A stretch of DNA of 64,000 nucleotides from Marsupella aquatica (GCA_973895155.1 OZ316894.1:15244699-15308698); one strand, 5' to 3'. Positions 13,101 to 26,212 are shown, counted from the stretch's first letter. A program made the numbers and translations. The notes: generated by a model not told the origin, from the sequence alone.

Positions 13101-14840
13101 TATACCTGTGCTGTTGCTGTTGCCGTTCTCTTTTCCTTCTCTAGCAATTTCAACAGATTATGCATGACTGGTTGCTGCATCGGCAAGTCCTCCGTCCTCG
13201 GCCTAAACACCTGCTCGATTGTAGGACTGTCGGGCTGGTTTGGTTTCTCTATTGCCGGCCTCTATTCTGGAACCTCCTCTGGTGCCCTTGCTTGCAGTGG
13301 AAGTACCGGGGCAAAGATCTGACTTCGGGCATACCGGCATAACAGCGGCATGTGATAGCCAAGCCGGGACACGCTTCCCATGCCAATCGCCTGCTGTTCC
13401 TCCTTCAAGATCTTCTTCAATTGGGTGAGGAGGTACCCGTTGTAGTCCCGGCTTGGGTCTGGCCTTTCCGCTAGGTAGACCTATGCCTTGCCAATCTCTG
13501 GCCTCGGCAAGTTGCAGTGCATGGTTACCTGCAAGAAATCGATGATCTCTCCTATGTGCGGGTTGGTGCAGCTGTTCCAAAAGAAGCCATTCTTCGTTGA
13601 TGGCCCTGGGAACAATCGGAACTCTTTGTCTGGCAAGGTCTTCCGGGTATCTACTTTGGTCTTATTGCCCATCGGCAAGCCAAACACTTCGGTAATCACC
13701 GGGGGAGTGAGATAGAAATCCTTCCCATACACCCTTGTGGAATTGGTCTCAGGTTCCCATGATCCCATAAATTCTAATAAATCTGAATCCGGCACCTCCG
13801 GCTTCATCCATGGTAATTTCACAAAAGCTTCCAAGCCGGATCCGGCCATGAAGCCCTGGTACTTCCGAGTTCTGCATAGCCGTAAAGCATGCATCCTCTT
13901 CATGTGCAAAGTGTAATTGCACTTCCTTGGGGAGGGTTGCCGCCCAGCCTTTCTAGGTGTCATCTCTTGTCGGAACAACATTGATGGGGTCGACCTCCTC
14001 TTCTTCGGCTTCGTCTTGCCTCCTGCTGCCTTGCTCGACTGGCTTCCTTGGTGCCGCCGACCTTGTTCTCTTCGCAGGGGTGGTCACTTTGTTGGAGTTC
14101 CCTTTCCTCTTCATAGCTGCTGCCGTGGATGTTTCTCCTAGCACGGTTGCCTTCGTCCACCCCTCCGTGCTACCCTTCAACTCCGTGTATGTCGTTGCAA
14201 CGGTTGATGGCTTCTTGGATGCTGACTATTCTGTTCTCACAAAACAGAAGATCGTCAAGTTCGTCGCCAATAGGTGTCCATAGGAATTCAGTTATGATGA
14301 GTTCTCCTCCTAAGAAGGCAGACTTCTGCAGCTCCCACAGTCAAGCGAGCTCCTGCCATTCTCAAGCGGCTCTCTCCAATTCTTCATCCTTGTAGGTCCC
14401 AATATACTCAGTTGCCCGTTCTAACAGGCATCCCCAAAAATCAGCAGCCTGATTGACGTTGCTCATACCCTTCCTTGAATTGATAGTCGGTATTTGCTCC
14501 CTCCCCAAGTGCTTGCCTAAGCAACTGACAGAAGTTGCTTCACGTAGTCGTCTGCTTAGTTCGTGCTTGCAAATGAGCCACCATTCCTTGTGATCGATCC
14601 TCACCCCCCTGCCTGGTCTTCCTTCCCGTTAGTTACCCATAGCCGCCGGTACTTAGCGCGCCCTAACCCTAATCGTGTTCCCTCTTCCGACGCCCTTACT
14701 TCCGGCCTCGACTTGGGTTCCATAGTCACCCTTAATTGTTTATATTTTCCTTGTTTTTGTTACTATACTAATGTGTTTCTAGGGTACACTCTTGATTTTA
14801 CCATTTAAACTGGCCTAGTGATTCCTGGCTAGGCATCACA
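10181..14840 (-). mobile_element. Diverged near-complete copy of the 4.7-kb gypsy LTR
   Basis: Collinear with 26248-30903; same TGTGATGCC start on the minus strand; lacks the last 14 bp. Confidence 0.8.
11207..14466 (-). pseudogene. LTR-embedded accessory ORF, disrupted copy 2
   Basis: Fragments MSNVNQAA, MAGSGLEAFVKLPW...VFGLP, AMEYEEMCGELAL and a long coiled coil, homologous to 27148-30527. Confidence 0.8.
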
Positions 14841-16249
14841 GCACAAAAGGCCTAGGAGCTGCGCATGGGCTATTTGCCACAAATTTTAGGGAGTTTATGA
14901 AAGTAGTCACCAAAGTTCACAGACAAACGTCAAAATTCTGTGGAATCAACTCAAGAGTAAAGAGTAGGTAGGACATAGTAGTTCATATTACGCATAGAAT
15001 TTAGTGAATGTGTTTCATATAGATGGAATTAGCCCCATTGGGAGGGAGGGGTAAAGGGCTATGTGCAACCCTAGAATCATTCCTTTCAGTCTGGCCCAGT
15101 AGCAGAGGAGAGGAGAGGAGAGGAGAAGAGGAGTCGTTTTGGCTTGAAGGCGGACACAATTGGACTATGGCGGAACGCGGAGGGGAGAGGGGAGGCTTTG
15201 GCAGGGGTTGTGGAAGATGGAGAGAGTTTAGGATGGAGAAATGGGTGTCTGTGACGAAGCCATCCTTCATTTGTTAGTTCACAGATATTCTTGATATGAT
15301 TAGTGTAGCTGTCTAGTCAAATATATGTTGGCCAAGGTTGGGATTCAACTTTGTAGTCACTTTAGCGGAAGACGATGTTGTAGTTAGCAAAAAACCCAAC
15401 AATGAAGTCCCATGAAGGGATATCAAATTATATGTACGGCACCACCGTTAGTGTCCCATTTATTATAAAGATGTAATTTCAGTCATTCATTTGAAGGAGT
15501 CCTTTTTTCATTGCCTTTTGTAATTCATCCAATGGAATAGGTTTTGGAAATTTAAAAGTATGCTTTTGAAAACATCAATTTTGGGTTTTGGAAATTTCAG
15601 ATCACCTTTTTGGATTTTTGAAATGAATGTTTTGGAAATTTCATCCTTCAACTTTGGACAAAAGAATCTCTAGAGTTAGTGAAATGTTAGATCAATAGAG
15701 CTTAGCTTAGCGCAGATTCCTCGTCCGACGACTATCTAATCCTTGGGCTCTAGAAGTCCCCCCCCCCTTTAAGCTTCTGACCCAGAGGCCTTCCTCTTGA
15801 GATTTTGTTAACATTCTGAATCATCTATGGGGTGATTAGAGAGGTTGAGTGATTCACAGAATTGGTCTAAGGAGGGCTCCTTTCCAAGCCCATAATAACC
15901 TTGCCCCGACTAGTCCCCATTAAAGTTTAACGGGCCTCCTCCTCATTGCATGTTCGCTATTCAATATTCTTTCCAAGCCCATACCCTGCCCCAACCAGCC
16001 CCCATTAAAGTTGTAATGGGACTCCTCCTCATCGCAGGTTTGGTAATGGTAATGGTAATGTATTATAAGCTCCGGGACCATGAAAGTCAAAGGAGCTACC
16101 ACAAAAAGTAAAGTACAATGCAATCAAAGAAAAGAGCAACCAAAAGAGATTGCTCAGAAGAGGACAACTATGTCCTCAAAGAAACTATGGACCTAGAGAG
16201 CCCTATGGACCTAGAGAGCCCTGAAAGATTTTCCAAACCTATTCTCCTT

Positions 16250-17889
16250 TCCCTATCCACCGCAAAGATATATCTTCCAAGTTGCTGAGGGGGCAGACCA
16301 AACAATGCATACAAATCTTTCACCAAGATTTGAGATGCCATCCTAACCCCCTCATAAAACTTGCAAGCAATGAATACATGATATTCATTCTCTATACTAG
16401 AGCTATCACATAGTTGACAAACCCTCTTTTTCCTGTCAATATCCTTCCATCTCCCTTGTTCTACTTCAAGGTGGTGTGAGCTTAGTCTATACTAAGCAAT
16501 AAGTTGTCTAAGTTGTACTGAGATAGTGCTAGATAAGTATTCTTGTTCTCGATATTTCTTCATGGGGTTCACATCTCTCATGTAGTATTGCTGCCGTGGG
16601 CTAGGTTCATGCCAAAGTTTGTGCAAAGCCTTTTGCTCAAGTTTTGCTCTTAGCTTGGTTGGGTGTGTTGGCCATTCATGTTCAGGAAAATCCCAAGCAT
16701 GGGCCCACCGGCACACATCTGCATACCACCCTTTAGCTGAAGATGAGCGCAAGGCATGAAAAGGAAATCTGTTTTCCTCCAACTCTCTTACACGCATGAT
16801 GTATTTGAGTGTGTGGAAGAGTGCCTCCACCTCCAAAGGAAACAAGCCTGCCTCTGCAAGTGTAAGTGCATATGGGGTTTGTGACTTGATCCCAAGCTCC
16901 ATCTCAAGAAATAGCTTTTGCAGCCCCTCAATCTGTTGCCACCCAGATTTAGACACACCTGCTCCCCAAATTGGTGCTCCATAAAGAATGACTGGTTTCA
17001 CCAAAGCTCCAAAGAGATGTTTCCTTAACCTCCAAGTGTGTAGACCAGCTCTTTTGCATTTGTTCATGAATGCATAAAAAGCTCTGTACCCATTGGCAGC
17101 CCTAGATTTTACACATGAGGCCCAACTCAAGTTTTGAGAGAACTCCACCCCAAGGTATTTGTAGGTCCTCACAAATTCCACCAGATTCCCTTGGAAGTAG
17201 AGCTCTGGATTTTGTCGTGTGCCAATGCCCAAACACTTGGTCTTCTTGAGGTTGACTACCATCCCTGTTGCTTGACAAAACTCCTCCAAGGCATTGAGAT
17301 GTCTTTGCAAAGCTTCTTGAGCATGAGCAAGTAGGACCACATCATCTGCAAATATAAGAAGTTGGAGGACAAACCTACCCAATTGAGTGCCAACTCCACC
17401 ATGCTCCTCCAAAATGTTGTGTAGCTGATCAATGAAGATGCCAAAGAGAGTTGGTGAGAGAGGACAACCTTGGATCACCCCAAGAGTGCTCCAGATTTCT
17501 TCAGAGGTTTCCTTTGAAAGTTTGATGCGCACTTCTTGGTACAATTTAGAAACAGCCAACCTGAGCTCTTCAGGCACTTCCAACTCCACCATCCTATCCC
17601 AAAGCTTGGATCGGGAAACTTTGTCAAAGGCCTTGGAGAAGTCCACAAACAAGCAAAATAATGGTTTATGTGGAGATTTGGCCTTTTCACACAACACCCT
17701 CAAGCAGAGAATGTGATCCATAGTGCTGAATTCTCTCCTAAAACCTGCTTGTGAAGGTGCCCTTTTCATCTCACTCTCCAACCAAGAGCTTAATCTGGCT
17801 TCAAGTAGTCCTCCCAAAACTTTAGCAAAAGTATTGCCTACCATGATGGTTCTGTAGTTGTGCACATCGTCCTTGTTGCCTGCCTTGAA
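16250..17889 (-). pseudogene. LINE ORF2 reverse transcriptase and C-terminal zinc finger (premature stop at 16492)
   Basis: NYRTI, QAGFR, FVDFSKAFD, GVIQGCPLSPTLF, FADD, YKYLG; after the stop, RLSSHHLEVEQGRW...CQLC...ENEYH...C. Confidence 0.9.
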
Positions 17890-18168
17890 TTTCACTTCGA
17901 GTTGGAAGGGAAATTGGCTGTGGTTTAAGCTCAGACTTTGCCAGAGCATTGGACACAGCGAGAATGTATCAGTGGCAAAGTTAGAGCTGCAACCGACATC
18001 GTTTGGTATGCACTTTAGCATGCACGATCTGCTACGTGTCCAGTTTCGGGATTCTGAGCTTGGGGTGAAATTTCACTTCGAGTTGGAAGGGCAATCGGCT
18101 GCGGTTTGAGCTCAAATTTTGGCAGAGTGTTGCAAACAGCGAGAGTGTATCACTGGCAAAGCTTTGTG

Positions 18169-18939
18169 ATGGCAACGGAGGAGATTGCCCATCTCAAGGC
18201 TTTGCTTGAGAAAATCTTAGTTGTGGCTGAAAACTCTGCAATTGAGATTACCACACTCAACAAGGAGGTGACGGAGCTAAAGAATGAGAATGTCAAGCAA
18301 AAGAGGTTGATTAGTGATCTTCGATCTCAAACTCAGGAGAATGGTAAGCAACTCTCATTGCTTGCATCGTGTTTTGGAGACATGGAGAAGAGTATGTGCC
18401 CAGAGAAATCAGTGATACATGAGGCTGTAGGGGAGATTGAGGAGAAGCTCAAAACCTTTGCACAGGCTGCAAAACAATCACATATGGAATTTGTCCAAGC
18501 CAAGGAGGAGGAGCGGAGAGCACTAGAGGAAGAGCACAAGAACCAGCATGCAAGAGTCAGCAACTGCAAAATATCAGGCCTTGTTGAGGAGGAGAAGGAA
18601 GACACCAAGAAGGTAGCAATTTCATTCTTCCAATCTCAGATGAAAGTGCATGACCCTATCATTTTGCAAGCATGTAGGATTGGGAAAAAGAAGGGGGACC
18701 TTCCGCGTCCAATCTTGGTGAAGTTTGCAGCTGAATCCGAGAAAGCTAGAGTGATGGCTAACAAGAGCATGCTTAAAGGGCTAAGGATTTGGTTGGATGA
18801 TGATCTGACTCCCACACAAGTCCAAGCAAGGAAAATTGAGCTTGAGAAGGTGAGGGTAGCCAAAGACCAAGGATTGGTAGCCTACTTGCGCAATGGACAA
18901 GCTGTTGTTACCAATAAGAAGAGAGTTGTTTCTAAATGA
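18169..18939 (+). CDS. LINE ORF1 (coiled coil plus RRM/CTD-type nucleic-acid chaperone)
   Basis: N-terminal heptads, RIGKK..PRPILVKF and IWLDDDLT motifs; directly upstream of the APE domain. Confidence 0.8.
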   Translation: MATEEIAHLKALLEKILVVAENSAIEITTLNKEVTELKNENVKQKRLISDLRSQTQENGKQLSLLASCFGDMEKSMCPEKSVIHEAVGEIEEKLKTFAQAAKQSHMEFVQAKEEERRALEEEHKNQHARVSNCKISGLVEEEKEDTKKVAISFFQSQMKVHDPIILQACRIGKKKGDLPRPILVKFAAESEKARVMANKSMLKGLRIWLDDDLTPTQVQARKIELEKVRVAKDQGLVAYLRNGQAVVTNKKRVVSK

Positions 18940-19495
18940 TGGATTGGGACCTTGAGAGTCATGGCATGGAATGTTTCAGGACTTTCCATAGAAATAGCAA
19001 TTGGAGGGGAACCTTTGTTTGAGAATTTTGACATCTTGCTTTTCACGGAGACTTGGGAATATGAGGGAAATGCTCTACCTAGCATTAAAGGCTTTACTTG
19101 CATACAATCCATCTTCAATGAGAAGAAGACCACACGGGGAAGAGGGTTTGGAGGCATTGCTGTCTACACCAAGAATCAACTTCAACACATCACCTCTATT
19201 GAGCATGAAGATCCCAGCAAGCAGTTCATGGTGGTGAGACTTCATACCAGAGGTACTCCATCATTTCTGATTGTCACCTACTTTGCTCCCCTTAATATGA
19301 ATGTCTATAAGATGGGAATTGTTGATGCACATTATCCATTTCATAGGTTAATCCAAGTCATTCATGATATATCACCACTAGGGGAGACATGGATAGTGGG
19401 GGACTTTAATGCCAGGGTATCTAATGAACAATTTACTGAAAGTGAGGACTTAGGAACTTTACCTTGGTCATCATGTAGTGAAGAGATACCTTGGG
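18940..19495 (+). pseudogene. LINE ORF2 APE endonuclease, truncated
   Basis: LRVMAWNV, DILLFTETW, GGIAVY, VTYFAP, IVGDFNAR. Confidence 0.9.
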
Positions 19496-19679
19496 TGACT
19501 TGGATTAACCTATGAAATGGATAATGTGCATCAGCAATTCCCATCTTATAGACATTCATATTAAGGGGAGCAAAGTAGGTGACAATCAGAAATGATGGAG
19601 TACCTCTGGTATGAAGTCTCACCACCATGAACTGCTTGCTGGGATCTTCATGTTCAATAGAGGTGATGTGTTGAAGTTG
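19177..19679. repeat. 184-bp inverted repeat with 135-bp spacer
   Basis: 19496-19679 is the reverse complement of 19177-19360 with about 2 mismatches. Confidence 0.95.
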
Positions 19680-19708
19680 CATTACCATTACCATTACCAT
19701 TACCATTA

Positions 19709-20009
19709 CCGTAGTCGTCTGCCTACTTTGTGCTCACAAATGAGCCACCATCTCCTGCAAGCGCTCCTTACCCCTCTCCTCTTCCGGTTTTTCCTCCCGT
19801 TGATCCTTCCTAGCCGCCGACGCTTAACGCGCCCTAACCCTAATCGAGTTTTCACCCCCAGCGTCCTTACCCCCGGCCTCGGCCCGGGTTCCATAGTCGC
19901 CCCTAATTGTTTATATTTTCCTTGTTTTGTCCCTATACTAAGGTGTTTCTAGGGTGCACTCCTGCTTTACCCACTTCACTGGCCGAGTGATTCCTGGCTA
20001 GGCATCACA
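19709..20009 (-). repeat. 3' LTR remnant (first ~300 bp)
   Basis: Begins TGTGATGCC after PPT-like AAGTGGGGAGCTA (20010-20022); about 4 differences from 30603-30903; abuts the (CATTAC)5 tail. Confidence 0.9.
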
Positions 20010-23000
20010 TAGCTCCCCACTTAATTGTGAAGCGTCCTTGCGAACAACTTCATCTTCGTCCATATAGTATTTCTTGAGGCGGTCATAATGGATGCGAACT
20101 GGATATACTTCTCCCGTAATGTTGGCCAATTGTACGGATCCATTGGAGAACTTCATGGTTACTCTAAAGGGTCCTAACCAGCGAGTGTAAAGCTTCCCTG
20201 GAAACCTATTATACCTACTGTCTTAAAGTAACACAAGATCACCGGTGTGAATACTAACTACTTTCAACTTTTTATCATACTGCTGCTTCATGATATTCTG
20301 TCTATATTCTACTCTCTCGGCTGAAATCATTCTCGCCTCCTCTAAAGCTTCTAACCTATATTCTCGCTCCCTTAGGCTCTCCTCCGCTGAGGCTCTCTCC
20401 TCAATTGTAACTTGAAATGTCGGTATCTCAAGTTGCATGGGTACTAGGGCTTCTTGTCCAAAGGTTAAGAAGAAGGGTGTATGACCGGTAGTGGATTTAT
20501 AGGCTAGATTGTAAGCAAAAACAGCAGCAAACAATTTACCATCCCAATCGAGTTTGTTCTGAGCTACTGTCTTGTTCAATATCTTTCCTATAATTCCGTT
20601 TGCTCGTTCTGTCAACCCATTTGCCTTTGGATGGTAGGGAGTAGTAGGCCTATGTCTAACTAAATACTGCTCATTTAAACGACTAATTATATCATTCAGA
20701 AAATGGGTTCCTCTATCACTAACTAATTCTAGGGGTGCTCCATACCTGGTGAAGATCTGCTCATACATGAATCTAGCCGTAGTAATTGCATCATCCTTCG
20801 TGGTCGGTCTGGCCTCTACCCATTTAGTTGCATAATCCGTAGCCAGGATTATGTACTTGTTCCGTCGAGGGTGGGTCAGTGGTTTCAGAGGTCCGATGTA
20901 ATCAATACCCCACTTCTCGAATGGTGCCAGAGGTAGAATAGGGTGTAGTGGATGTCTGGTGGACGCCCTTGGTCCTCCCGCTCGCTGACAAGGATCGCAT
21001 TGTTTGATAAATTGATAGACATCCTTGTGTAAGGTGGGCCACCAGTAACCGGCATTTAATATCTTTTTAGACGTGGTTACCGGGGCAAAATGTCCTCCGG
21101 CCTCCTCTCCATGCATGGCCCGTAGGACTCGTTTTACCTCTCCCTTTTCCAAAACACCTTTGTATCGTGCCGTTGATTCCATGCTTGTGCAGTATGCCTT
21201 TAATGCACTGATACTGTCTGACCTTTCGCACAAAGACTGCGGCTTGCTCTCGGCTTAATCCTGGCTGTAATCTGGAAGTGCTGAGAAAATGTAAAATCTC
21301 AGGGTACCATGTATCAGCTATTTCCACAATGAATAGCTCCTCGTCGGGGAATCGATCATCGATGCAATCCGTGGCAGGTTCACCTATGATCCTTGAAAAG
21401 AAGTCGACATTGGCGTGTAACTTTCCCGGCTTGATCCTCAGCTCATAGTCAAACTCCTGTAATAGCAAAATCCATCTTGCTACTCTGCCTGTAAGGTTCG
21501 GCTTATTGACTAGGTACTTCAAACTTTCATGATCGGTATGAAAGATTACCTTGTACCCTAGTAAATAATGCCTAAACTTTTTACAGGAATAAATGACTCC
21601 TAATGCTTCTCTCTCTGTGGTGGAGTAGTTCCGTTCGGCATCGGCAAGCTGACGGCTTGCGAAGTATATGGGATGGTCCCTTCCTTTCTCATCTAACTGA
21701 CTTAGTACTGAGCCGATACAGAAGCCCGAGACATCTACAAAAACATGAAAATCTTTGTTCCAGTCCGGTGCTATCATGACTAGGGCCTCTACCAACATCT
21801 GCTTCAATTCTACCACCGCTGTGACTCGTTCGGGTGTGGGTTCGAAGTCTGCTCCTGCCTTGAGCATGTTGGTTAATGGTAAAGCTAGTTTGGCAAAATC
21901 CTTGGTGAACCGGCGATAGTAACCAATGCATCCCAAGAAGGATCTTACATCCTTTATGTTCTTAGGTTGCACGATATCTAGCCATACTGCTAGCTTACCT
22001 TTGTCAATCTCAATGCCCTTCCTTGATACCTTGTGACCTAGTAGCACCCCCTCGGTTACTGCAAAGAAACATTTATCTAGGTGTAACTTGAGACCTACCT
22101 CTCTACATCTCATGAAGGTTTTCCTGAGGTATTTAGCATGTTTCGATGCCTTCCCAAATACTGCAAAGTCATCAATGAAGATTTCCATAAACTTTCTCAA
22201 GTAATCATGAAAAATGTTTACCATCAATCGTTGGAACATAGCTGGTGCGTTGCAGAGTCCAAACGGCATACGATTGAAGACATAGATCCCCCATTCCGTG
22301 ATGAAGGCCGTCTTGATTTGGTCTTCCTGCCGAATCCTGATTTGGTTATAACCAGAGTACCCATCCATGAATGAATATAGTTCATGACTGGCTACCATGT
22401 CTAGTACCATATCAGTAAATGGTAAAGGAAAATGGTCTTTTAATGTTGCTTCATTCAGCTTCCTGTAATCCTGACAAACCCGGATCTTGGGTTTACCATC
22501 GGGTCCAGCTTTCTTGGGAACTATCACAATTGGAGACACCTAGTCTGAATGCAAGACTGGAGTGATGAATCCAGCTTCCACTAGTTTGTCAATTTCTGTT
22601 TTGACCAGCAGGGAATACTTCGGGTGCATCCTTCGAATTGGTTGTCTGAATGATTTGGCTCCTAACATGAGATCAATTCGATGTTCCCCCAATGTTGGAT
22701 CTACTCCCTTTAGATCTTGGTGACTCCATGCAAACACATCCTGAAATTCAATTAGTAAGTCACTGATCTCCTTCTCCAGCTCAGGTGCTAGGTCTCTCCC
22801 TAAGTTTAGTTCCCTCCCTTCTCCTAAGTCAAGCTTCCGGTATTGCCGTGCTTGGATCATATTAATCTGCTTCTTCAAATTTGGGTCCAGCTCGGCTTCC
22901 AGTCTTTCCAGTCTCATACCTCCATAAATTGGAATCTTGGCTGTACTAGCCGAGTCGGTCCCTTCCTTGGTGTCCATAGATTGTCCCCTTGCCGGTCTAT

Positions 23001-24119
23001 TCGGTTTTAAATTGGTAGTAGGTTTTCCTTCCTGCCTCGGCTCTGGATTCTGTCTGTGCATCTCATCCACCTCTTCCTCCTGAGGGTCAGGCCGCTGTGC
23101 TCTCCCGACTTCTAATAGGGCCTCAATTTGTTCTGCCCTTGTAATCGGCTTGTATGCTGATCCCTTGGTATTTAATTCCTTGCCGATGATCGATGGCGTT
23201 GTGGACCCTGTCGGCTCTGCCACAACGCCTGCAGAAAATCCACTGTCCCTGCTACTGCTCCCCACTTAGCCGTTTCATCCAATTGGTCTACATCCTTTAC
23301 TTCCTCCGGAATTCCAGCTAAAAAGGTGGATTCTATTGTAAAGCAGTCCTCGACCTCTTCGTCTTCTTCTTCCAAGTCACCTTTCATTGGTTCTTGCCAT
23401 AATCCGCTGGGGGGTACCTCTGGTCCAAAGACACTTTCTTCGGTTAGGTCAGTGAGGCATTCTAGCCAACGTACTTCATCGGCTGACTCCAGTCCACTGT
23501 CGTACCCATCGGCTTCCCTTATGCTTTTCCTACGGTCATCCTTAGTGTCCCAGGATACCGTGATAGAGGGGGTCCCGAAAGTGAACTGCTTTTTACCCCA
23601 ATCTTCTATTACCTCGGCTAGGTACAACCATGGCCTGCCAATTAATAGCCAAAACGACGTAGGGTTTACCGGCTTCATTACTACATAGTTAATGCTAAAG
23701 AAGATACCTCCTATCTCTGTCTTGATGCCGGTTAACACTCCCGTGGGAATGACCTGATACCCATTGGCCATGTTCAACACTCTTCCAGTCATCTCTGGTT
23801 TTAGACCCCACCCATTTGCTGTTGAATCAATCATAATACATACCCCTGATCCTCCATCGATGGGTACCTGTAGTAATAATTCTCCTTGAATCATTAATGG
23901 TAATGTCGGGGCTCCTTGATCTTCTTCTATCATTAGTACGTTGGATCTGGTCGCTACCTTGGGTAATCTTGGCTTGCCGAGAATAGCCTTCCTTAATTGC
24001 TTCCGGAAGTACGGGCTATTTTTCAATAGTTGACCAACTGTTGCCGAGACTCTAGACTCTAGTACATCTTTAGCCAGGTCATAGGGAACAATCGGCTTCT
24101 CCTCTGGTGGTGTCTCCAT
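19998..24119 (-). pseudogene. Gypsy pol (protease, RT, RNase H, integrase), disrupted
   Basis: IDGGSG protease; RVCQDYRKLN, DGYSGYNQI, FIDD; NYSTTEREAL; H-H-C-C zinc finger, WGIDYIGP, SDRGTHF, WLGPF. The reading frame ends at a TAG just inside the 3' LTR. Confidence 0.92.
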
Positions 24120-24131
24120 CTTGGATTCGGC

Positions 24132-26164
24132 CTATTTTGCCACGCTAGTCTCTACAGCTGTTGGATCCTCCGAAGCAAACAATGCTTTTGCTCGTTTCAC
24201 ATCCTTGGCTATGGCTTCGGTATTCTCCAGGGTTTCTAATTCTCTAAGTTGTTCCTTAACACTAGCCATAACAGAGGGGTAGAACAACTTAGGATGATCT
24301 CGATTGAAGTCGCTATCTTGTGAAGGATTGGGTTCACTGGTGGGCTCATGGCTTACCTGTATTGCTGGAGCCCTCCCTTCTTCTTCCGTTGATGTTGACG
24401 AAGAGTTGATCTTTTCCTCCGTAACCTTTCCTTTATTTTTGGCCAGCCCATCCCACCTTTCCTTCCTTCTGGTAGATCGAGTAGAGACCCGGTAGCAATC
24501 ATGATCTAAATCCTCTTCTGAGAAGGTTGATAGGGCTTCGGCCTCATCATCAGATGGTACGAACTCTGCCTCGGCATCCTCTTGCCATCCTAGTTCAATG
24601 TGATTGATTTGAACTCCTCCGGGGGTAGTACCTGGCGGTAAGACCTTGACCGGCAAAAGTTTATGATTTGCGGCCAGGCCTGCCAACCAAGTAGGACATT
24701 GGCCTAGCATATGACCTTCCTGTCGGCATCCCATACATAGCTGAGCTGGTTGTCCATCACCCTGTTTGCGTGCATTCGGGCACTCTCTAGCAAAATGGCC
24801 AGGTTGACCACAATTATAGCATGCCGCAAATCTTTGCACATTCAGCCTAGGAGGTACTGACGGGTTCTGAATAATCCGAGGATACATCTCTCCTGGATTG
24901 TTCCTTAACCCTGACCATAGGGATGCAGGTCTGTTGGATAGGTCTTGTGCTCCAGTCTCACTGATGCCGAAAACACTATCAGCGGCATCCCCTAAAAAGT
25001 ACTCTACTTCTCCCTGACACGGTCTGATCTCGGCCACATGCCGAACATGATTAGTATTAAGTTAGGACACGCATCTTTATGGTGTCCGGTTTTATAACAT
25101 AAGGCACACCATATAGAGCTATCCTCCTGTACTGCCTTCTTCTTTGGCTTTACCTCTGCAATTATAGCCTTAAGTTGCTCGGTAAGGGCTACGATGTTAT
25201 CTGGTGGCTTAGCCTCCAGCTTGACTTTCGTCTTCCCTCTCCTTCTGCCCTTCCGTTTCCTAGTTTTTTCTTCTTCAGAACTAGAAGATGACTCACTCTT
25301 GCTACTTCCACTATCCGAGCTTGAGTTATCACTTCTTGACTTCTTAGAATGTTTCTTCTTCTTATCTTTTTTCTTATGGGGTGATCCCTCCTCCGATGAG
25401 GAACTCTCAGACTTAAGCTGTTTCTTCCGGCTTGTGATATCTGCATTAATATATAATTGAATATCCTTAATTGCATCGGCTAAAGTCTCCGGGTTCTCCT
25501 TCCTAATTGCAAAACTCATCTTCTGTGGCAAAGCATTCACCAACCATTGAAGTTGCATACCTTCAGATGCATTGGTCTTTGTACGTCTTACCAGTTTCTG
25601 AAAGCGTTGCAAGAACTTCCTGAAGGATTTGTTCTCCTTGAACCGAAGTCGTCCCAACTTCAGCACTGCTAGTTCTGAAGTTCCAATGGGTCGAAACTCC
25701 TTAACAAAGAGTGTTTTGAAGATATCCCAGATGGCTTGATCTTCCACATCTAATGCTCTGTACCAAGGCCTAGCCTCACCCTTGAACAGGCCGGGAAGAA
25801 TCTGCATCTTGATGGCCGATTCTCCATTTGCTGCAGCGGTTCCCTCGAAATCATCCAACCATTCGTCCGGATCCTCATCTCCTCTCCCATGAAATGCCTT
25901 GTAATGTATGCGCGACCATTGGCTCAGTCTGGTCCCTGGCCTCTCGTCTGGCCGTGCCTCTGGTTCCCCCATGTCGGTTGGAGACTCACTTCTCCTTACC
26001 GACTCTTCTTCTGGTATGTCTTCTTCGACGCCACTTCCAGCTTCGGAGCTACCAGCTCTTTCTGCCCCTCTCAGTCGCTGTGTATCATGCCACCCGGCGA
26101 GCTGCTGCAGTCGAGCTCTCTCCCGTTGAATCACTCTTTCTTCCCTCGGCGTAAGGTCAGTCAT
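24132..26164 (-). pseudogene. Gypsy gag with three CCHC knuckles, frameshift near 25045
   Basis: FHGRGDEDPDEWL, CALCYKTGHHKDAC, CYNCGQPGHFAREC, CMGCRQEGHMLGQC. Confidence 0.9.
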
Positions 26165-26212
26165 TACCTACGCTTCCTTTCTAACTTCATATCTCACGGC
26201 TTAAGAAATGCC

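Larger units (their letters stand above)
16041..19710. mobile_element. Rearranged non-LTR retrotransposon (RTEX-like LINE) with (CATTAC)n tails
   Basis: Minus-strand RT, 3'UTR and tail on the left; plus-strand 5'UTR, ORF1 and APE; inverted APE duplicate and a second tail on the right. Confidence 0.85.

Noticed and set aside
17890-18021. N-terminus of the 509-aa RT ORF
   Set aside because: It is antisense 5'UTR fused at the inversion junction, not real protein sequence.
25030-25070. Programmed frameshift in gag
   Set aside because: The homologous fragment at 4298-5137 reads through in one frame, so this is a copy-specific indel.
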